Shown piece by piece: positions 58,801-64,000 of a DNA stretch of 64,000 nt (its first letter is position 1; every line of letters starts with the position of its first letter). The stretch is from Chrysemys picta bellii (taxonomy: Eukaryota). The notes under the pieces are model-generated. The model did not search any database, was not told where the DNA came from, and worked only from the letters and a program-made list of their open reading frames with translations. Made by a program: the position numbers and the translations under genes. Location: assembly GCF_011386835.1 (NCBI RefSeq), contig NC_088797.1, positions 744,001 to 808,000 on the forward strand, given 5' to 3'.

Positions 58801-61800
58801 CCCTGCTGAGCCCCACAGCACCCCCTAGCGCCCCACTGGGGCCAGCCCTGCCTGCCAGGGAAGAGCACCCCCTGCTGAGCCCCACAGCACCCCCTAGCAC
58901 CCGACTGGGGCCAGCCCCGCCTGCCAGGGGAGAGCGTCCCCTGCTGAGCCCCCATCCCACTCCCTGCAACCTCCTGTATTTTCCTTGGGTGTCTCTGTTG
59001 AGGGTTCACTTACTTTAGTGATAAGGTGTCAGCCTGGCTCTGTCTGACCAGGAGAGATCAGCTCAGTGCAGAAAGGGTTAATGCTTTACCCAGTCTGGGG
59101 AGGAGCACTGCAGTTTACAAAGGGATCACAGGAACCAGGGGATATTATATCCTTTGTTTCCAGCAAACAGACAAGCCCTGTGTCCCGGGACCTTGGCTAA
59201 CCCTGTCCCTGACCTCTCCCTAGCTCCGGCCCCAGTTGTCCCTGTCAGTTGTGCTGAGCGCGCACTGCAGTTTGTGACCCTTCCAAGCCACACATCTTCG
59301 CCCCTCACTCCTACCGGGGCCCTGCACAGGTCCCCTCCTTGCCCATGCCTGCTCTCTGCTTAGCGTGAGTGCAAAGCATGCTGGGAGGCTGGCTCCTAGT
59401 TACACAACGTAGCATAAGTGCAAAGAACACACAGCCACCTACACATCCCTGACACTGACTAACCTCTCCCCTCCTGGTGCTGGCCAGGCCTGGCCCTGCT
59501 TTGCATGAGAGCCAGGGAGCCTATGCCTGAGCCCCACAGATGCCCTGCAGGCCCTGGGTGGGTGGGGGCCCCGATGTGGGGTGGGCGGGCCCATGTGTGA
59601 CCCCTCCTGTTTTCTCCCTGTAGACACCGCCTGGAACGTGTCCGTGAGCATCCGGTTCCTGCAGCTTCTCCTGCGTGTGACCTCCACTGTCCCGGCATCC
59701 TTCAGCGCAGCCCTGTGCCGGCAGCAGGGGAGCCGGTGTGAGCCAGAGGCGCCTGTCTACACCGTCACAAGCGTAAGTGGCTTGGCCCGGGAGCCTGGCA
59801 CCCTGGGACCCGCTGCGCTCGCTGCCAGGGAATGCCGAGGCCTCAGGCCAGCGGGCAGGATCAGAGCCCCCTGCGCCCAGCCGGGGGGCAGGGAGGGGAG
59901 GGGGTGCTCTTTGGTTAATGGCGTCCTTCTTGGTTTGCAGCCAGAGAGCTTCGGCCCCAGGGAGCTGACCCTGCCGCTGCCGCTGCAGATCGTGGGCGGC
60001 TGTGTGCTGGTAAGGCCCCCGCCCCCGGCGCTGCCCCGTTCCCATGGCTCCGTCCCTACCTTATCCAGCCATTCTTCTGCTCATGCCCCTCACTGTAGTA
60101 TCTGAGCACCTGGCATCACAAAGCCCCCTCCCCCGCAGGGTCACAGGATCCCCTGCCGCGTCACAGAGCCCCCCCTGCTCCCCAGCCCCCCTCCCCCTTC
60201 CCCGTCACAGAGCCCCCTCCCCCGCAGGGTCACAGGATCCCCCGCCGCGTCACAGAGCCCCCCCCTGCTCCCCAGCCCCCCTCCCCCTGCCCCGTCACAG
60301 AGCCCCCTCCCCCGCAGGGTCACAGGACCCCCTGCCACACTACAGAGCCTGGGGTTGCCAACAAAACCGAACACCCTAGCCCTGCCCCTTCCCCGAGGCT
60401 CTGCTCCGCCCCTTCCCCAAGGCGTCCCCGCTCACTACTTTCCCCCTCCCTCGGTGGCTCGATCTCCCCCCACCCTTGCTCCCTGGTTGGGGCAGGGGGT
60501 TGGGGTGTGGGGGTGGTGAGGGCTCTAACTGGGGTGGGGCCAGAAATTAGGGGTTCAGGGTGCAGGAGGGGGCTCCAGGCTGGGACAGGGAGTTGGGGTG
60601 CAGGAGGGGTGAGGGCTTCATCTGGGGTATGGACTCTGGGGTGGGGCTGAGGGGTTTGTGGTGCAGGAGGGGCTCCAGTTTTGTGGGGGGGCTTGGGGTT
60701 GGGGCACAGGCTGACCTCGGGTGGCTCCCGGTCAGAGGCAGGCTTCCTACCTGTCCTGGCACTGTGCTTCACCCCAGAAGCAGCCAGCAGCAGGTCCGGC
60801 TCCTAGGCAGGGAGACTAGGAGGCTCCGCGTGCTGCTCTCGCCCGCAGGCACCGCCCCCCCAGCTCCCATTGGCCAGTTCCCGGCCAATGGGAATGCAGA
60901 GCTGGTGCTTGGGGTAGGGGCAGCGCGCAAAGCCTCCTGGCCCCCCTGCCTAGGAGCCGGACCTGCGCGTTGCTGACCGGAGCCGCCAGGGTCCCTTTTC
61001 GACCGGGTGTTCCAGTCAAAAACTGGACATCTGGCAACGCTAACAGATCCCCCTGCCCCGCTGTGTCACAGAGCCCCCGTGCCCCCTCCCCGTGCAGGGT
61101 CACAGGATCCCCCGCCGCAGCCCCACCTGCCTCCAGCCCTCCTCCCCCTCCCCGTCACAGAGTCCCCTCCCCCTGCATGGTCACAGGACCCCCTCCACCC
61201 ACCTGTCACAGAGCCCCTTGGTGTCAAACCCCCCACGTGCTCTCTCTGTGCCTGGCAGGTGTGGCGCTCCGACGTGCACTTTGCCCGGAAGCAGCTCCTG
61301 TGCGCAGATGGTGAGTGTGGCCCCATGCAGAGCCCCGGGGGGCAGCCAGAGGCAGAGAGGTCATGGCGAGGAGGGAGCAGATGTGCCCATCTGCCCCCCG
61401 TAGGTCACTGGCCCCCGCACACTGACCCAGCTGGTGAGTGAGACCCAGGTGTCGCAGCCCGCAGGAGCCCGGCTGGCGTGTGGCCCTGGCAGAGAACAGG
61501 AGGGCCCCAGGGCCGAGGCCCCCATGGCAGGGAAATGATTCAGTGACCTGCACCCCAGGCCGCGGAGGAAGGTGAACCCCCCCAAGGTCACGGCCCCTCT
61601 GCCCTGGGGGAGATTCCTTCCCCACCCCCTAGGGTGCGCGGTTAGCCCCTGAGCAGGTGAGCGAGAGCCAGGTGCCAGCACTGACAGGGAGACGGCTCGG
61701 TGCCCCTCAGAGCCCTGGCCCTGCCCAGGGCCCCGTCTCCAGCCATGGCCACCCCCCTGCTTCAGAGGAAGTTGCCAAAAACACCGACCCCAGAGTGTGT

Positions 61801-63681
61801 TCCGGGGGAGGGGATCCCTTCCTAACCCCTGCCGCCGTTCGGCCGCAGTGATGAAGCATGAGCTTGGAGCACCAGAAGCAGCGCTGCTCAGCACCTCTCA
61901 CCCACTTCTCTTCCAGTTGCTCGCAAGCGCTTTGGGCTGCTCGCCCTGGGGCTGGGCCTGGCTCTGGGGCTGCTGGGGACTGTCCTGCTGCTGAACTGCA
62001 GGAGCCTCCGGAAACTCACCACAGGTGAGGGGCTGGGATCCCGGGGGGCAGAGGGGCTGGGGGCCAGAATCCCGGGGGGCTGGGGCAAGGAGCCAGTGAG
62101 GGGCTGGGATCCCGGGGGGCTGGGGGCTGGGTTCCAGGGGGGTTGGGGCAAGGGGCCAGTGAGGGGCTGGGATCCCGGGGGGCAGAGGGGCTGGGGGCCA
62201 GAATCCCGGGGGGCTGGGGCAAGGAGCCAGTGAGGGGCTGGGATCCCGGGGGGCTGGGGGCTGGGTTCCAGGGGGGTTGGGGCAAGGGGCCAGTGAGGGG
62301 CTGGGATTCCAGGGGGCAGCGGGGCTGGGGGCTGGGTTCCGGGGGGGCGGAGGGGACAGGATCTGATGAGGATCTGGGGGCTGGGATCCGGGGCGCGGAG
62401 GTGACAGGATCCTGGGGGGCTGAGGCAAGGAGCCAGTGAGGGGCTGGAATCCCCGGGGGGCAGAGGGGCTGGGATCTGGGGAGCGGAGGTGACAGGATCC
62501 TGGGGGGCTGTGGCAAGGAGCCAGTGTGGGGCTGGGATCCCGGGGGGCAGAGGGGCTGGGGGCCAGGATTCTGGGGGGGTTGGGGCAAGGAGCCAGTGGG
62601 GGGCTGGGATCCCGGGGGGCAGAGGGGCTGGGGGCCAGAATCCTGGGGGGCTGGGGCAAGGAGCCAGTGAGGGGCTGGGATCCCGGGAAGCAGAGGGGCT
62701 GGGGGCTGGGATCCGGGGCGCGGAGGTGACAGGATCCTGGGGGGCTGTAGACACAGTTGGACAGGAAGCGGCAGGGAAGGGAGCAGGGTGGGGGTCTTGC
62801 TGGCTGAGCAGGAGAGGTGAGCGGCTGGGGACGGCCCTGCATGGGAGCTCAGCCAGGCGAAGGGCTCTGTCAGCCAGGCAGCCTGGAGCACTTTGCCCAG
62901 GAACCGCCCCCTGCAGAGCCTTGGGCGGGGGGCACCCTGCCACTGACCCTGCCCTCTCCCCACAGCGCCGCGGGGCCGTCGGCCCGTCCTGCTGGTCTAT
63001 TCCCCCGACTCCGAGGAGCACAAGGTTCTGGTCTGCACCTTGGCGGACGTGCTGTGCTCGGCGCTGGGCTGCGACGTGCGGCTGGACCTGTGGGAGGCGG
63101 GCAGCGTGGGGCGGCTGGGGGCACTGCCCTGGCTCTATGTGCAGCGGGAGCTGGTGGCCCGGGAGCAGGGCACCGTGCTGATCCTGTGGAGCCAGGGCAG
63201 CGCCCGGCTCTACCAGCTGTGGCGGGGGGCAGCCGCAGGCAGCAGCGGCTCTCCGGACCCCCACGATCTGTTCGGCGCAGCCATGTCCTGTCTGCAGAGC
63301 GAGCTGCAGGTGGGCGGGGGGGCAGGGCGGCTGGGCGACTGGGCGCTGGCCTACTTTGGCGAGCTGTGCAGCCGGCGAGATGTGCCGCCTGCCCTGTGCC
63401 TGCTGCCCTGCTACCACCTGCCGCGGGAGCTGCCTGGCCTGGCCTGCTTGCTGCAGGGCAGCGCCCGGCCCCCCGCCTGGCTGCGCCCCAGCACGCTGCT
63501 GCACGGGCTGCTCATGTCGGAGAAGAGGAAGAGCCTGCAAGGCAGGGTGGAGCTGTGCCGGCTGCAGCAGCCCGAGGGGGCGCCCCTGGCCAGGCTGGCA
63601 GCCCACCAGGTGGGGTCTGTGGGGCCCAGCCCCCGCGCCCCTCCAGCCAGGCCGACCTCGCAGAGACCCAGCTGCACCTGA
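40338..63681 (+). CDS. IL17RE: Interleukin-17 receptor E (715 aa: signal peptide, ectodomain, TM helix, SEFIR); 16 coding exons, intact
   Basis: Exons 40338-40436, 45547-45562, 47159-47314, 47562-47668, 49300-49423, 49754-49893 ([31 protein letters not shown]), 51061-51129 ([13 protein letters not shown]), 51776-51842, 52611-52792, 57509-57556 ([12 protein letters not shown]), 58226-58271 ([13 protein letters not shown]), 59624-59772, 59941-60009, 61259-61310 ([15 protein letters not shown]), 61917-62024 (TM) and 62966-63681 ([11 protein letters not shown]...VRLDLWE...LPWL). All GT-AG, phases consistent, total 2148 nt. Confidence 0.95.
40917..41028. mobile_element. 112-bp hAT (Blackjack/MER81-like) MITE
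   Basis: TIRs TAGGGTGGCCAGA...TCTGGTCACCCT(C); perfect 8-bp TSD GTGCAGAG at 40909-40916 and 41029-41036. Confidence 0.85.
42027..42066 (-). ncRNA. Minimal type-I hammerhead ribozyme motif of the Penelope-like element
   Basis: Minus strand GCAT-CTGATGA-A-GTGGGC-TGTA-GCCCAC-GAAA-GCTT-ATGC: 4-bp stem I, core boxes, 6-bp stem II, palindromic loopless stem III. Confidence 0.7.
42754..42964 (+). mobile_element. 211-bp Penelope-derived element containing a perfect 176-bp palindrome
   Basis: 88-bp arms at 42789-42876 and 42877-42964 with no spacer; 14-bp TSD CCCATTTTTCATGT at 42740-42753 and 42965-42978. Confidence 0.9.
43234..43519 (-). mobile_element. CR1 LINE 3' end
   Basis: Reverse complement of the CR1 3' UTR and the last ORF2 codons; same family as 545-1910 and 49981-50909. 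Confidence 0.9.
44407..45251 (-). mobile_element. ERV-like solo LTR (845 bp, AT-rich)
   Basis: TG...CA termini; perfect 4-bp TSD AACT at 44403-44406 and 45252-45255; minus-strand TATA (CTATAAAAG, ~44702-44710) upstream of AATAAA (~44463-44468). Confidence 0.75.
45946..47016 (-). mobile_element. Solo LTR (~680 bp) interrupted by a hAT MITE
   Basis: Termini TGTCACGG...TTCGTCACG; perfect 5-bp TSD CTGGG at 45941-45945 and 47017-47021. Confidence 0.8.
46411..46793. mobile_element. 383-bp hAT (Blackjack-like) MITE nested in a solo LTR
   Basis: 13-bp perfect TIR TAGGGTTACCATA/TATGGTAACCCTA; perfect 8-bp TSD TCCAGTTG at 46403-46410 and 46794-46801. Confidence 0.9.
47880..49275. repeat. Complex G-rich minisatellite in an IL17RE intron (GGGGCTCGCAGGGTGGGGG, GGAGGCAGGGGG variants)
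   Basis: About 1.4 kb of interleaved G-run units. Confidence 0.9.
49981..50909 (-). mobile_element. Young 5'-truncated CR1 LINE
   Basis: About 230 uninterrupted ORF2 codons ([10 protein letters not shown]...[14 protein letters not shown]), 3' UTR, terminal (TTATGTTC)n tail, and a 7-bp direct repeat AACAGTT at 49974-49980 and 50910-50916. Confidence 0.95.
51200..51730. repeat. G-rich minisatellite (GGAGGACGGGGCCTGGGCGCTGGGGCGGGGG variants)
   Basis: Tandem variants between IL17RE exons 7 and 8. Confidence 0.9.
54019..54215 (-). mobile_element. Truncated copy of the LTR family at 45946-47016
   Basis: TGTCACGGAGTCCCCGGGCGATGCT...GAGCAGACTGTCCCCGGGCAAGAAG...GTGCGCTTCCC shared with 45946-46130. 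Confidence 0.8.
54912..55220. mobile_element. 309-bp hAT (Blackjack/MER81-like) MITE with a long internal hairpin
   Basis: 13-bp perfect TIR TAGGGTGACCAGA/TCTGGTCACCCTA; perfect 8-bp TSD GCTGTAGC at 54904-54911 and 55221-55228. Confidence 0.92.
55510..55880 (+). mobile_element. Degenerate CR1 ORF2 internal fragment
   Basis: A-rich; reads like the CR1 endonuclease-RT linker (...[36 protein letters not shown]...). Confidence 0.75.
56405..56801 (-). mobile_element. Short solo-LTR-like element related to 45946-47016
   Basis: TGTCACAG...CCGTCACA termini; shared GGTTTATTAGACGACAGGAATACAGTCCCAAGCAGGGCTTGTAGG motif; no clear TSD. Confidence 0.65.
58700..58950. repeat. 69-bp minisatellite, ~3.6 copies
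   Basis: GGGCCAGCCC...GCCAGGG..GAGCGCCCCCTGCTGAGCCCCACAGCACCCCCTAGC at 58701, 58770, 58839 and 58908. Confidence 0.9.
60350..61042. mobile_element. ~693-bp hAT (Blackjack-like) non-autonomous element inserted into a minisatellite
   Basis: Termini TGGGGTTGCCA...TGGCAACGCTA; flanks ACAGAGCC and ACAGATCC (7/8 TSD); the same GTCACAGAGCCCC repeat lies on both sides (60120-60340, 61050-61220). Confidence 0.7.
62025..62745. repeat. G-rich minisatellite (GGGGCTGGGATCCCGGGGGG / GGCAAGGAGCCAGTGAGG units) starting at the IL17RE TM-exon donor
   Basis: Tandem variants filling most of the last intron. Confidence 0.9.
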
Positions 63682-64000
63682 GCGTGCTGCAGTGGGCCAC
63701 GTGCCAAGGACCTGGGCCGGGGAAGGGATGATGGGGAGGGTCCCTGGAGATGCCAGAGAGGGGCTGGTGGGGACATGGCTGGGCTCCAGGGTGCCACATC
63801 CGTTCCCAAGACCAAACGTGTCTGCAAGAGGCTGGCAGCCCCCGGACTCAGGAGAACCCAGGTGTCCTGACAAGGGGCAGCCTGTGAGCCTGGGTTTGCT
63901 GCGGGCTGGAAACTGCCTGGTGCCGGGTCTGTCAGGGGCAATGGGGCTTGGACATTTGCCCTCTTGCAGCCAGCTCTTGGGCAGGACCTGCCGCCTCCTC

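Noticed and set aside
40338-63681. Calling the receptor IL17RC or IL17REL
   Set aside because: The middle exons ([51 protein letters not shown]) and the position directly after JAGN1 match IL17RE; it also has a TM helix and SEFIR domain.
1-64000. tRNA, rRNA or snoRNA genes
   Set aside because: I saw no cloverleaf, rRNA-like tract or convincing C/D or H/ACA box pairs by eye; a covariance-model scan would be needed to exclude them.

Overview
Vertebrate genomic DNA, most likely a turtle (inferred from the CR1, Penelope-like and hAT repeat content). It is very GC-rich and syntenic with human 3p25.3. Six protein-coding genes were reconstructed by hand from splice sites and similarity to the human proteins as I remember them: TADA3 (-, runs off the left edge), ARPC4 (+, cut by an N gap), TTLL3 (+), RPUSD3 (-), JAGN1 (+) and IL17RE (+, 16 coding exons, intact). 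Most long six-frame ORFs are artefacts of G/C-rich intronic minisatellites. Introns hold CR1 LINEs, solo LTRs, four hAT MITEs with target-site duplications (TSDs), and Penelope-like insertions carrying minimal hammerhead-ribozyme motifs, including a perfect 176-bp palindrome. Notable oddities: 10 single-base frameshifts in TADA3 (probably assembly errors), the missing 3' half of ARPC4, no CIDEC between RPUSD3 and JAGN1, a duplicated TTLL3 acceptor plus half-exon, and minisatellites that multiply RPUSD3 splice donors. I found no convincing wholly new gene system. The best candidates for a second look are the TSD-flanked hammerhead/hairpin mini-elements and the splice-site duplications.
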